DNA of 61,145 bases from a virus. Lineage: Duplodnaviria > Caudoviricetes. Shown here piece after piece: positions 27,113 through 37,049 of the stretch (the first letter of the stretch is position 1; every line of letters begins with the position of its first letter). Under the pieces are notes generated by a model. That model worked only from the letters and a program-made list of their open reading frames with translations, searched no databases and had not been told where the DNA came from. The stretch lies in IMG/VR virus record IMGVR_UViG_3300027844_000688, positions 1 through 61,145 of that record; one strand, written 5' to 3'. The position numbers and the translations under genes were made by a program.

Positions 27113-27656
27113 TGGCTCCCCCTTCCTCTGTGATTTCCATGAAGATTCGAGGCAGCCGAGTAATAACGCTCAAAGAGCGGAGGTCTATCTTTACGAAGAC
27201 GTGTTCGCCTTCGGAGTCCATAACCAGCCCTTCCAAAGAGCGGTAGGCACCTTCGATAACACGAACACTTGCCCCGATGACAATACTCTCGGAAGTGATT
27301 TCTCGGAGCTTCCGCTTCATTTCCCCTACGTGATCGTCGGTGATCACACAGAGAACCCGATATCCAACGGAACACTTCCGAGACATGACCTTGGCGACGT
27401 AAGCCTTCTCTTCCAACCGGAAGAAGTCTGTCTCGTCAGGGCCACTCCCAATGAAGACGTAGCCCTCCATCAAGTGAATCATCACCTTGCGGCCATTCTT
27501 CCAATAGATGGTGGAGGGCACAAAGACCGGGTGGTCTGAAGTGAGTTTTAGGTCTTTCCGAAGCTGCTTCTCAAGCACATTGTCTGCGATGTATGTCTCG
27601 CCTAAACGTGTAAGCTCAAGTGCGGCCCAGGTTGTTCGGTCTCGATGATCGGTCAC
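27105..27656 (-). CDS. nusG: NusG-family transcription elongation factor
   Basis: NGN domain (VFVP...LMEGYVFI) plus KOW motif (GASVRVIEGAYRSLEGLV). Confidence 0.8.
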   Translation of the reverse strand: MTDHRDRTTWAALELTRLGETYIADNVLEKQLRKDLKLTSDHPVFVPSTIYWKNGRKVMIHLMEGYVFIGSGPDETDFFRLEEKAYVAKVMSRKCSVGYRVLCVITDDHVGEMKRKLREITSESIVIGASVRVIEGAYRSLEGLVMDSEGEHVFVKIDLRSLSVITRLPRIFMEITEEGGANG

Positions 27657-29064
27657 ATTTGCCCTCGCTGATTTCGTTCACACGCAGGGCAAGAAGACGA
27701 CAAAACTCTGACTGCGATAGTGCAAAAGGCGAGAACTGGGAACCGGACCTTGTAGTGTCTGCGTCTCGCTTCATCGCCCTTCGGTCCACATGGACACCAT
27801 TGGCAGTCAAAGTTACCCCACCAACATCTTGGTGGGATGGCTTTGGTGGAACTTCCGAGGCCGGAAGTCTTGACACCTTACCGAGATCGCATGACTTTTG
27901 TCTCTCGGTGGAGCGAGAACCCATAGAAACTTTCGCCGAAACTTTCGGGGAAAGTTCATCGAATCTTTGAGGGGTCCGAGATAGAATCGGGGGTCTCTCG
28001 CCAGAACAGACCCGATGAAGCTGAATCAAATCGCATTCAAGAGTCGCCGATGTCGGCTTCCCTAATCTAATAGAAAGCATTGATGCAATATCGAGAAGTT
28101 GGTCCCCGTGGCGGTTACCGACTGTCTCCAACGCTTCTCGATCCCAGTATAGCGGATTCTTTGCCAATCCTAAAGAGACCTTGTACGAAAAAAGGGCCGC
28201 TCGGGCCAGACGCTCGTAACAAGTGGAGGGTGAAACCCGCCCCAATAGGGCTGTAAGGCCGGAAAGCACATCATCTAATGAACCTCCCAAGGCGGATAAA
28301 ACTTCCAAGTAAACCGCATTGAGATCAAGGTGCAGGTAGCTCACCACATTAGCTCGGTTCACTGGACCGAGCATGGAGACCCCCTCCACGGCCTTGATGG
28401 CATCCCGAACATGGCACTCTGTTATCTCGGCGATGAGGGGTAGAACCTGGGGGTCGTTCTCAATGCCTTCTGCATCGCAGATTTGAGTCAACCGTTCAGC
28501 GATGACGGAAGGGGCAAGAGGGTTGACCACAAAGGCGGGGGCACAACGAGAGAGGATCGTTGCCCGCATCTTCTCGGGTTCCGTCGTACAAAAGATGCAA
28601 ACCAATCGGCGGTCTTCGGAACCTTGACTGGCTTCCTCCAAAGGCTTGAGCATCGCATCCAAGGCACTTGTCGAAAGCTGGTGGGCTTCATCAAACAAGT
28701 AGATTCGACGCTTGCCGCTAAAGGTCGAGTAACCGATCTCGGCCAGAATCTTCTGGATGTCCGCCTTGCCGGAGTTGGTGGCGGCGTCCACCTCCACGAA
28801 GCTCTCACTGACGCCCAACTCCAAGATCGAACGGCAAGACATACATTGGTCGCAGGGGCCGCCTTCAACCGGACTCTCACACAAGAGAGACCGGGCGAGA
28901 ATCCTGCCCAACGTCGTCTTTCCAGAACCATGACGACCGGCAAACAAATAGGACTGCCGGAAACCCAACCCTTGATCCACAAAGCAGCGGAGAACAGAGA
29001 CCGTGGCCTCCTGTCCAAGCACATCCTCGTAGCGGAGGGGTCTGTATTTTGTATCAAGGCTCAT
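27616..29064 (-). CDS. dnaX: DNA polymerase III gamma/tau clamp-loader subunit
   Basis: KYRP...DVLGQ, GRHGSGKTT, Zn cysteines PCDQCMSC, EVDAA, DEAH and TILSRC. Confidence 0.92.
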   Translation of the reverse strand: MSLDTKYRPLRYEDVLGQEATVSVLRCFVDQGLGFRQSYLFAGRHGSGKTTLGRILARSLLCESPVEGGPCDQCMSCRSILELGVSESFVEVDAATNSGKADIQKILAEIGYSTFSGKRRIYLFDEAHQLSTSALDAMLKPLEEASQGSEDRRLVCIFCTTEPEKMRATILSRCAPAFVVNPLAPSVIAERLTQICDAEGIENDPQVLPLIAEITECHVRDAIKAVEGVSMLGPVNRANVVSYLHLDLNAVYLEVLSALGGSLDDVLSGLTALLGRVSPSTCYERLARAALFSYKVSLGLAKNPLYWDREALETVGNRHGDQLLDIASMLSIRLGKPTSATLECDLIQLHRVCSGERPPILSRTPQRFDELSPKVSAKVSMGSRSTERQKSCDLGKVSRLPASEVPPKPSHQDVGGVTLTANGVHVDRRAMKRDADTTRSGSQFSPFALSQSEFCRLLALRVNEISEGKCDRSSRPNNLGRT

Positions 29065-29126
29065 TACCCCTCCTGTGGGTTCCGCTTATACTGGATACCC
29101 GCCAGCCAAGGATAACGACCCCCTGA

Positions 29127-29615
29127 CTATGCTTCCATGTCGGGAGGTGGAGTCCCGTCATCACTGACAAAGAGAGTTGTGATGGGCGCTTCTGACGCCT
29201 CGTTCTCTTCACGAGGACGCCAATCTCCGTGACGGTCCATCTCATCGTTGTAGTACGTCACATCTGGGGGTGCCACGAAGCACTTGAAGTCACCCGTCTG
29301 GGGGTTCTCTTCAGTACGACAAGCACAGAGATGATGGTCCAACAGCGCCGTCTTCTGGGCACCTGTCAGACCCGACCACTCATCCGAGGCCAACTCAAGA
29401 ATGAACTTGTACTCTGTATCTCCCAGGACACCCACGATAGCTGGAGCCTTCCGGGACTTCCCAAGGATAACCCGACCACCCGCCTTGCTCGCCCGCTCAC
29501 GAAAGATGACGGCGATCTCATCCAAGACCATCACCAGATCGGGGTGGTAGTCCGAGACCAGCTTTGTCACTACGTCGTAGACATCCTTGCCTGCTTTCCA
29601 CATTTCGACTGCCAT
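29127..29615 (-). CDS. Putative phage metallopeptidase-like protein (degenerate HExxH)
   Basis: FILEL...W..L...QK.ALLDHHLCAC...PPDV. Confidence 0.6.
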   Translation of the reverse strand: MAVEMWKAGKDVYDVVTKLVSDYHPDLVMVLDEIAVIFRERASKAGGRVILGKSRKAPAIVGVLGDTEYKFILELASDEWSGLTGAQKTALLDHHLCACRTEENPQTGDFKCFVAPPDVTYYNDEMDRHGDWRPREENEASEAPITTLFVSDDGTPPPDMEA

Positions 29616-29619
29616 AATC

Positions 29620-30300
29620 TTATCTCCCTCTAAATGCGTGTTTGAGTCCGTCCAGACCTGCTCGGTCCCATATCTCTCCAGGATCTTTTCCGCCTGTGTA
29701 GGCTACCTTTCGACATGAGATTCCGGCACGCCTCAACCAATGAAGAGCTTTATCCGTCCCTACCCTACCCGTCTCGTCGTTGTCATAGACTACATTGACG
29801 AAAACTCCGAGCCGCCGAAGATACTCAATGTGCTTGCGAGTGAGACTCGCCCGCACCGAAGCAAGAACGGCGTCCGTCTCTGGGACGACCCATTCCATCG
29901 GATAGAGATCAAAGCGGCCCTCTACGATCCAAGCCTCCCCACCTGCCCACAGTTTCTTCGCCGTATCTGTCCCGGTAACCCAGATGGGATTCCAATCCGC
30001 CTTGGGCCGCACCAGATACCGGGTCAGGTACTTCCGGCTCATGGACTTCGCTTCAAACCCAACGGGTTCTCCCCTTGGCGTGTAGAGAGGGCATACCAAT
30101 AGCCCTTCCAGAGACTCTCCATGAGAACCATATCGATCAACGAAGTCGGGGTCGGTGTTGGGGGTAGGGCAACGGGTCCATACACCCTCTCCCATGTTCT
30201 CGTAGGAAGCTGTCTTCGCCCCTCTCCCAAGAAGGTAGCCTTCAGCCTCTTCTGTCAGGGAGATCGTATCCAGAGCCTCTTCGATCCACGTCATTGTCAT
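29620..30300 (-). CDS. DnaG-type primase catalytic (TOPRIM) protein without Zn-binding domain
   Basis: YLLGRG, WIVEGRFD, VYDNDETG and KDPGE. Probable start MTMTW. Confidence 0.75.
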   Translation of the reverse strand: MTMTWIEEALDTISLTEEAEGYLLGRGAKTASYENMGEGVWTRCPTPNTDPDFVDRYGSHGESLEGLLVCPLYTPRGEPVGFEAKSMSRKYLTRYLVRPKADWNPIWVTGTDTAKKLWAGGEAWIVEGRFDLYPMEWVVPETDAVLASVRASLTRKHIEYLRRLGVFVNVVYDNDETGRVGTDKALHWLRRAGISCRKVAYTGGKDPGEIWDRAGLDGLKHAFRGR

Positions 30301-30848
30301 TTCTTGGCAACCCCAAGTCCTCTGCTGGGGTTGTGGATTACCGAGATCGCACGGGATGATCCGAACCTGGAAAGGAAGCCCACGTAAGAACGGTCTGCTG
30401 GGACGGCCACCACCATGTCCCCGAGCATCCAATCAACCCGATGGATGGGGCAACCTCCGAACTCATCAAGCCCAGGAAGTACCTGATCGAGTTCTTTTAC
30501 GGCAGAAATGAGTTCAATATCTGGGAGATCATAGGACCGGACATACTCGATGGCTTGGTTCACGCCCTTGTGCGTGCCTTCGGACACGTTCCCCCACTTG
30601 GCCTCCTGACCCATCCCGATGATCTCATCCAAGACCTCTCTGAAGAACGGGCCGTCATCTTTGATATGACGCACGGCTGCTCGGACTACTTGATTAGCCA
30701 GGGGCTCTCGGACCCACAACAACCCATGAGACGTAGAGACAAGGTACGGTGCGGTCGCTGTGTTCACCGGAAACTCCACCATAAGTGGAACCCCCCGACT
30801 CTTGGTTATGCGTGGGTCTGGTTCCAACTGCTGAAGAAGATCGTTCAT
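30297..30848 (-). CDS. Hypothetical protein
   Basis: Probable start MNDLLQ, coupled to neighbours. Confidence 0.6.
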   Translation of the reverse strand: MNDLLQQLEPDPRITKSRGVPLMVEFPVNTATAPYLVSTSHGLLWVREPLANQVVRAAVRHIKDDGPFFREVLDEIIGMGQEAKWGNVSEGTHKGVNQAIEYVRSYDLPDIELISAVKELDQVLPGLDEFGGCPIHRVDWMLGDMVVAVPADRSYVGFLSRFGSSRAISVIHNPSRGLGVAKK

Positions 30849-31339
30849 TTCCGAAACCACTTGAACAAGAAAGACCACCAACGGGCAGGAACCGTATAAA
30901 CCACTGAAATGCAGGCCGGTTCTTCCACTACGTCAGGCTCATCGAGGAAAGGATCGTCTGACCTGACAACCTCTTCATCCTCGTTATCGAGCACCCACAT
31001 CAAGGGAGCCATGTCAGGATAACGGAAAGCGATCTCGGCCCGGGAAGCAGTCTCTACAAACTCTCGGAAGTCGTCCTTGAGGGCGGTCTTATCCTTGATC
31101 GGGCTGAAGATGGGACAGCCCTTGGCCTTGTCCACGCCCTCGAACCGGACATCACAGATCGTCAAATCCTTGAGACAGATATGGATCTCGGCCCCGTCTT
31201 GGCTGACTCGCCGCTCATTGAAAATACAGTTGTGGGGCCGCTTACGGAGAGACACGTCCAACAACTTATGCAGGTGTCGTGTCCGCACCTGCTTGAGTTT
31301 GTATTTTATGGCCCCTTCGTTCTTCACAGTCTTCTCCAA
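30845..31339 (-). CDS. Hypothetical Cys-containing protein
   Basis: 164-aa ORF in the operon. Confidence 0.6.
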   Translation of the reverse strand: MEKTVKNEGAIKYKLKQVRTRHLHKLLDVSLRKRPHNCIFNERRVSQDGAEIHICLKDLTICDVRFEGVDKAKGCPIFSPIKDKTALKDDFREFVETASRAEIAFRYPDMAPLMWVLDNEDEEVVRSDDPFLDEPDVVEEPACISVVYTVPARWWSFLFKWFRK

Positions 31340-31359
31340 TCGTCACAGCACAATACCGA

Positions 31360-31824
31360 TCAGAAACCCGACGCTTCCCAATCATCCAAGATATTGGACA
31401 ACTGATTGAGTCGGTCAATGTTGAGATTCCCCATGCGCTTCTTGATCTCCTTTCGGAGTCCTCTGACACGCATGGATGTTTTCTGTACGTCAATCTCGTC
31501 GTCTGGGGTCAACTCCCAGACAATCGCTTGGGACAATGATGCAGTCAATCTCCGCTCACCAGAGGCTCGAACCAAGCCGTCTTCTACAAGAGAAAGCCTC
31601 GTAGGCCGATTGGACCGTGTTGCTGCCGTATTGAAAGCGGTGTCCATCTCTTCATCGGTGCCGCCAAGAGCACCCCTATCGCCAAGGAACACAAGGATTT
31701 TGCTCCGCATCCCCGATGCTCGTTGAGCAGACTTCTTCCATGCCTCCCGAGAGGTGTCCTTGTAGCCAAGATTTTGGTCCAACTGGTCGAACCAGACATC
31801 TACATCAGTCTCACTCATGCTCAA
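31360..31824 (-). CDS. Winged-helix-like DNA-binding protein
   Basis: GGTDEEM...RPTRLSLVEDGLVRASGERR...AIVW. Confidence 0.6.
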   Translation of the reverse strand: MSMSETDVDVWFDQLDQNLGYKDTSREAWKKSAQRASGMRSKILVFLGDRGALGGTDEEMDTAFNTAATRSNRPTRLSLVEDGLVRASGERRLTASLSQAIVWELTPDDEIDVQKTSMRVRGLRKEIKKRMGNLNIDRLNQLSNILDDWEASGF

Positions 31825-32440
31825 CCCCGCTCATCTTGATTCCCATGATCTCGTTGTAGTCAAACCGCTTCCCCAGAACATCTTGGATCAAGATACTTTT
31901 GCCAGTCAGTTCGATGACCTGACCATTGTAAGTACGGGCATAATACGGAACAGATATCTGCCCTTTGGCAAAGGCGACACCCTTGCTCGTTGGACGCCAA
32001 AAACCGGAGTCTTTCTTCCCTGTGGACTCTTGGTCCTCACGGGTCATCTCACCCTTCTCAAGCAACCCCCACCACCGAAGCGTGGTGTGTTGGTTGGTCT
32101 TGGTCAACCACTGCGGGGCTCGGTTTGGCACATCCACCCATCCCGATTGACCCACCCCTAAATCTCCCTCTGAAGTCTGGACCAACCAGATCAGCCCACG
32201 GGCCATCGTCCCATTGAGGTTCCGGTCATAGCTCTTGGCCCACTTGGAGCAGCAGGGGCAAATAGTTCCATCTTCCAACTGTGCAGCCAATCTATCAATG
32301 GATTCGGACAGTAGTTCCCCGCTTGCAGCGGTTGGCAACATCCGACGCAAGCTCTCTCGCAGAGAAGAACCGGGGCTGACCTCTTTAGCTTTGGGTTCTT
32401 CTAACCCGCTCCACCAATCGTCTACCTCACGCATACTCAA
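31811..32440 (-). CDS. Hypothetical protein (CPCC, wHTH-like)
   Basis: CPCC...LRWWGLLE...GFWRPTSKGVAF. Confidence 0.6.
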   Translation of the reverse strand: MSMREVDDWWSGLEEPKAKEVSPGSSLRESLRRMLPTAASGELLSESIDRLAAQLEDGTICPCCSKWAKSYDRNLNGTMARGLIWLVQTSEGDLGVGQSGWVDVPNRAPQWLTKTNQHTTLRWWGLLEKGEMTREDQESTGKKDSGFWRPTSKGVAFAKGQISVPYYARTYNGQVIELTGKSILIQDVLGKRFDYNEIMGIKMSGVEHE

Positions 32441-32663
32441 TCTCCGATACCACCTTGACTACGGCATAGGGGCCGCTTGGAGGTTGGGGCTGCCCGAAGT
32501 CCTCGTTGCCGCTCACGGCAACGACTTGTCCGACCCTATTGATAAGCAGGTAGTCGTCCTTCTCGTACTCCAGAATCTCGGTTCTCTCCACAGAGACCTC
32601 CCCGACACAACGCTCACATGGCTGGGCTGACCCACAGGTTTCGCAGATGCTTTTCCATGTCAT
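32427..32663 (-). CDS. Small Zn-binding hypothetical protein
   Basis: CETC...CERC. Confidence 0.5.
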   Translation of the reverse strand: MTWKSICETCGSAQPCERCVGEVSVERTEILEYEKDDYLLINRVGQVVAVSGNEDFGQPQPPSGPYAVVKVVSEIEYA

Positions 32664-33298
32664 CGGACCTCCTTGAAGACCGATGCTTCATCCTTGATCT
32701 GAATGGTGTATGCCTTGTCTGCCGCCTCCACCAATGCTGGGTTGTGAGACACCAGCAAAATGTCCATGCCCAGCCGCTTGCACAGTAGGGACAGGAAGCG
32801 GCTCATGTTGTGGACGTAGTGGGCGTCGAAGGCTGGCAAAGACTCATCCAACAGCAACAAGGGACGCATCTCCCGACGCAGCAGGACAATGATTCGTAGC
32901 AGGGCTGATTGGACCGTTGTGACCGCCCCACCGAAAGCATCACTACTCGAACCATCGATAACAGTCCCATTCGGTTGACGTTGCTTGGTGATCAGATCCA
33001 CCGAGACCTTGCCCCGTTGAACCTCGACGTTGGCCTCCACCCACAGGTCTTGGTCGTCAAAAACCGACGCAAGCCCTTCGGAGAGCAGCTTCTCGACGGC
33101 CTGGACTCCCTCGGTGATCTCCATGTCGATCATCTGCCGGAAGACATTGGCTACCAGTTCGAGCTTCTCTTCTTCGGCCTCGAAGCGGCGGATCTCGGCC
33201 TGGGTGTCGCCCAAACGCCGTTGGACGCCTTCACGCATACCAACGGCTCGATCCAGCTTCGACCGAAGCTCCTGTGTCTTGGGGACGGGGGGGAGCAT
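32660..33298 (-). CDS. SbcC/Rad50-like ATPase, C-terminal half
   Basis: Coiled coil, variant signature AFGG, Walker B LLLLDE and H-loop LVSH. No Walker A. Confidence 0.8.
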   Translation of the reverse strand: MLPPVPKTQELRSKLDRAVGMREGVQRRLGDTQAEIRRFEAEEEKLELVANVFRQMIDMEITEGVQAVEKLLSEGLASVFDDQDLWVEANVEVQRGKVSVDLITKQRQPNGTVIDGSSSDAFGGAVTTVQSALLRIIVLLRREMRPLLLLDESLPAFDAHYVHNMSRFLSLLCKRLGMDILLVSHNPALVEAADKAYTIQIKDEASVFKEVR

Positions 33299-34429
33299 TT
33301 ATACCTCCCAGGCGACAATAGACAGGTAGTCGTCACCACTTCGACTCTCATCGAAGCGAACCCAACCACCCTTACCCTTCTGATTGATGCCGAAGCGGAT
33401 CGTGTCTCCCTTGTAGCTGGATAGAATCTTCTCCAGATTCTTGTAACTGATGGAGAAACTATCCAGATCATCCGAGTTGTCAGAGGCACCTGACTCCACA
33501 CACTCAACAGGGAGGTACTTCTGGCCTCCCACCATGCGGGTCATGCCCATCTCAACCCCTGCCTCGGAAGGGCGAAAGAAGAGGCGCACGTCTTCGTGAG
33601 GCGCACCAGAGCGAAGGAATCGGATGCCCGTCTCAACACCCTCTTTGGAGAGAACCCAATAATGCTGGTCCTCACGGTCACGGCCCACGTCCAACATAGG
33701 GAACGCCTTGGAGAAGCGGGACTCCCCGAAGAGTGCCCCATCCCCACGCCGGTAGATGGCGAAGCGGTCGTGCTCCAGAATCTCGATGTCTCCATCACCA
33801 CACAAGGTCAAGAACTGCTGCAAAGCGGGGATGTTCTTACCGTGGATACGAATCGTAGATCCCTTGATCCCTTGAACCCCAACGACCGTGGCCGTTTCCT
33901 TGTCTGAAGCGTAGAACAGCCCATCCCGAACCTCGGTCAAGCTGAACTCTGGTGTCTTCGTGTCGTCTGGGGAAATGAAGGAACGGAGATGCGAGAGCGC
34001 ACCAAAGAGGCGGGGCGTCTCCAAGGACACCGTGGAGGCAGCTTCCTTGAGGACATCATCCCACAACGGAAACATCTCTGGGTCCAAAGAGGCGAACTGT
34101 TGATCCCCAACCGGGGCTGTGGCCTTCACCACCTCCCCGTCAAACTCCAACGTGAGAGCGGCATCTTCTACTGCGCTCAACCACATCTGGAGCCTCTTAC
34201 CCTCGACGGTGAACGCAGAGGGTTCACCATCAGTATGATCGACCACCTGACAAACCAGGGGGCAACTGCTGAATACACGATTGCTTTGAGACAGTACCTC
34301 CGCCCCGGTTCCGTCACCCGTCACCCGAAACAAGTAGTGGGTTGAGATGTCCGACCCTGTGGTTGAAATAGTGGTAGAGGTCAACTTGATAGCGTCCATC
34401 AAGTCCTGCTTGGCAATCAAGATTTTCAT
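33299..34429 (-). CDS. dnaN: DNA polymerase III beta sliding-clamp-like protein
   Basis: 376 aa. MKILIAKQDLMDAI start, FP.W..VL and FYASD motifs, three-domain length. Same block as the clamp-loader genes. Confidence 0.7.
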   Translation of the reverse strand: MKILIAKQDLMDAIKLTSTTISTTGSDISTHYLFRVTGDGTGAEVLSQSNRVFSSCPLVCQVVDHTDGEPSAFTVEGKRLQMWLSAVEDAALTLEFDGEVVKATAPVGDQQFASLDPEMFPLWDDVLKEAASTVSLETPRLFGALSHLRSFISPDDTKTPEFSLTEVRDGLFYASDKETATVVGVQGIKGSTIRIHGKNIPALQQFLTLCGDGDIEILEHDRFAIYRRGDGALFGESRFSKAFPMLDVGRDREDQHYWVLSKEGVETGIRFLRSGAPHEDVRLFFRPSEAGVEMGMTRMVGGQKYLPVECVESGASDNSDDLDSFSISYKNLEKILSSYKGDTIRFGINQKGKGGWVRFDESRSGDDYLSIVAWEV

Positions 34430-34713
34430 TCTGGATCTCCCTGCGTGGTGTCGTTCAGATATGGTTGAAGGGCTGTCTCGGCGGTCGTGATCTCATTCTC
34501 GATATCGGAGACAGCCTTGGTGTATCGACCAGACAGGCTTTCAATAGCCTTATCAAGCTGGTCAGGCTCGATCTTGCGGTCTCGACACTCACGTTCTACG
34601 GTTTCCAGGGATTGCTGGGCGCTCTCCAGCCTTCCCTTCATACGCTGAACCTCGGAAGCGAGTTTATCCCTACGTTTGACAGCATCTTCTAATCGGCGGT
34701 GTACTTCATCCAT
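34426..34713 (-). CDS. Small coiled-coil protein
   Basis: 95 aa, almost entirely heptad repeats. Confidence 0.65.
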   Translation of the reverse strand: MDEVHRRLEDAVKRRDKLASEVQRMKGRLESAQQSLETVERECRDRKIEPDQLDKAIESLSGRYTKAVSDIENEITTAETALQPYLNDTTQGDPE

Positions 34714-34733
34714 GTGGACCTCCTACGCATTAG

Positions 34734-35681
34734 CTACCCCCCACCCGGGGACTTTGACCCCCCGCCAGACAGGCCAAACTCAATAAGACCCTCGGCACCA
34801 TCAAACAGGTCTGTTGTATTCTTCGGCTTACGTCGATTCTGTTTCCGCTGTGCCTGCCTCGCATCACAAACATCCTCATAGTCACAGAGGCGGCACATAC
34901 TGGGAACCGGGACTGGATCAAACTTCTCCTTGTGTATCTCTTTACGGACACCTGCGGCTCGTTGGGCGAGTCCCTGCAAGTCCTCTTTCGAGAAGTCCAC
35001 CCAATCCACACCTGCATCTTCTGTCCCGTCTTCCTTGGGCGTCCCATATGGGTAACGGAAATACACGAACCCAATCCTGTCGGGGGATACATTGTGGGCG
35101 AGATAAAAGCACAGGGCATACCAACGAAGCTGGTCTGGGTCTGTGTACCGACCCTTGTGGACCGAGTTCTTCCCATCGAGGATCGTGATGCCTGTGTCCT
35201 CACGTCGGATGATGTAATCAGCCCTGCCACCGATGGGGGTGTACTTGTTCACGTAAGCAACCAGATCGACCTCGGACCGGGCGTAGGGTCCAACGAAGCG
35301 GTTGTGCTTCACAGTGCCAATAAACCCGGTCACTCCGTCGATACAGATCTGGAGCATTTCTGCCCGAGTTGGGGCCATTCGAGGATCAATATAGTGTTGT
35401 GCGATCTCGAAGGTGAACTCACGCCGGGTCAACTCTTTGAGGCGGTACACCAAGCCCGCAGGCTCTCTCCAAAGCTCATCGTTGTAGAAGGTCTCGGTCA
35501 CCTTGGCGATCACGATGCCCATCAAGGCGTGATGAGTGGATCTCTTATGGGGCTTGGGTTTCTTCTTTCCCGGCCCTGCCCCAAGGTCAATAGCGCCCCA
35601 CCCGCAATACCAGAGGAACTTCTGGGGACAATCTTCGTAACGACGAAAGTTAGTCCAATACAGCGTAAATGGTTTGTCCAA
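34734..35681 (-). CDS. PD-(D/E)XK exonuclease, Cas4/AddB-like with Fe-S cysteines
   Basis: CPQ...GRAD...LDGK...QLRWYA...CRLCDYEDVC. Probable TTG start at 35681. Confidence 0.8.
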   Translation of the reverse strand: MDKPFTLYWTNFRRYEDCPQKFLWYCGWGAIDLGAGPGKKKPKPHKRSTHHALMGIVIAKVTETFYNDELWREPAGLVYRLKELTRREFTFEIAQHYIDPRMAPTRAEMLQICIDGVTGFIGTVKHNRFVGPYARSEVDLVAYVNKYTPIGGRADYIIRREDTGITILDGKNSVHKGRYTDPDQLRWYALCFYLAHNVSPDRIGFVYFRYPYGTPKEDGTEDAGVDWVDFSKEDLQGLAQRAAGVRKEIHKEKFDPVPVPSMCRLCDYEDVCDARQAQRKQNRRKPKNTTDLFDGAEGLIEFGLSGGGSKSPGGG

Positions 35682-35691
35682 CTTGCTTCCC

Positions 35692-36672
35692 CTATTGAGC
35701 CTGTTCCAAGTAGAGGATGGCCTGCTCCCGAACTTCCTCTGGAATATCTGGCAGACCCCGAATGATGTCCAGCAAAGAAGTCTGGGTGTTGGAGGCCAAG
35801 GTCTCCTTGATGGACTCCACAAAGAAATCCATCGCCGCAGTACGAGCCTCTGTACGCACTCTACCGTCGAGATCAAAAACTTCGGCGGCGGGGAGAACAT
35901 TCAAATCACGGCGTTCAATACTCACACCAGACGCCTCGAAAGAGAGAACGACACAGGCTGGTTTGCGGTCCAAGTCATCTTGGATCAACGCCCCTCGACT
36001 CAAGCTACCGAGATTCACAACCTGCTTACCGGGAGCAATCTCTGTAATGCCCTGGTCCTTGTGCCAATGCCCGAACAACCAAACATCGGGATCAAGGCCA
36101 GCCAGATCTGCATACTTCACGATGTCTTCGTTCTCAAACATCTGACCGCCCTTCGGGCTGGCAAGAACATGAGCCGCTACCACAAGGTAGTCCTCATCCC
36201 CCTTCTTGATGTTCTTGAAGCGGTCCATGTCGTACTTGGTCCCGTGGTATGGGATGCCCACAACACGAACTCTCGGTCGGAGCTTCGTCCCGGGCGAACC
36301 AAATACCGCCTCGTATTCGTCGTATAAGCGGCGGAAGACACCCGTTGAATACAGCACCCCCAAAGGCTGCTGGTCCAGATAAGAGTAGTCACCGTAGATA
36401 CAATCATGGTTGCCGATGTTGGCATAGACCGGGCAGGGATATTCGGCGTGGAGATCTGCCACCGCCCGAACGAGGCTGTGGCTGTTCCTGCTTGGACTCT
36501 TGAGGTCAAAGAAGTCGCCGCCGTCAATCACCGCTTCGGCTTTGACCTCTTTGGCAATCTCTCCGATCTGCCGGAGCTTCCCCAGGATCGTCTCCCGCCA
36601 ATCATCTGTACGAGATTGGGGGGATCTATCCGATAGATGTACGTCTGTTCGCCAAACAAGTGTCACGCCCAT
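35692..36672 (-). CDS. SbcD/Mre11-like metallophosphoesterase nuclease
   Basis: DVH, GGDFFD, GNHD, GHWH and NLGSL motifs. Confidence 0.88.
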   Translation of the reverse strand: MGVTLVWRTDVHLSDRSPQSRTDDWRETILGKLRQIGEIAKEVKAEAVIDGGDFFDLKSPSRNSHSLVRAVADLHAEYPCPVYANIGNHDCIYGDYSYLDQQPLGVLYSTGVFRRLYDEYEAVFGSPGTKLRPRVRVVGIPYHGTKYDMDRFKNIKKGDEDYLVVAAHVLASPKGGQMFENEDIVKYADLAGLDPDVWLFGHWHKDQGITEIAPGKQVVNLGSLSRGALIQDDLDRKPACVVLSFEASGVSIERRDLNVLPAAEVFDLDGRVRTEARTAAMDFFVESIKETLASNTQTSLLDIIRGLPDIPEEVREQAILYLEQAQ

Positions 36673-36725
36673 TGTGTTCTCCCATGCAACACTTGTTCTA
36701 CTCGGAACAACCCAAAACACGCCCC

Positions 36726-37028
36726 CTAATGGACGGCGATTTGTGGTGTCCTCAAGAGAGTGGCAAAGGCGGGCGTTTCTTCACCGACCCAAGCCCCGAG
36801 CGTGTTGAACTCAAAGAACTCGACGGCTTCCGCATGTGTCATCTGATCCCGTTCGGTCAGAATCTCAATGCAACGGTTCTTATCGTACAGAGCTATCGGG
36901 GGTCGCCCGAACTGTTCAACGTATCCAATCAAGGCATCTTCATATCCATCGGCCAGGATCAACTCCAGGCGAGATACTTCTTCAATGACATCTTCCGGCC
37001 ATACTGCGTAGGCGTCCTTTGTACCCAT
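36726..37028 (-). CDS. Hypothetical phage protein
   Basis: ADGYEDALIG...EAVEFFEFNTLGAWVGE.TP, a pattern I recognise from small phage proteins. Confidence 0.7.
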   Translation of the reverse strand: MGTKDAYAVWPEDVIEEVSRLELILADGYEDALIGYVEQFGRPPIALYDKNRCIEILTERDQMTHAEAVEFFEFNTLGAWVGEETPAFATLLRTPQIAVH

Positions 37029-37049
37029 GTCCCAACCCTCCCAAACGGT

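Noticed and set aside
34734-35681. Cas4-like nuclease as evidence of a CRISPR-Cas system
   Set aside because: No other cas genes and no array. Solo Cas4-like nucleases are common in phage recombination modules.
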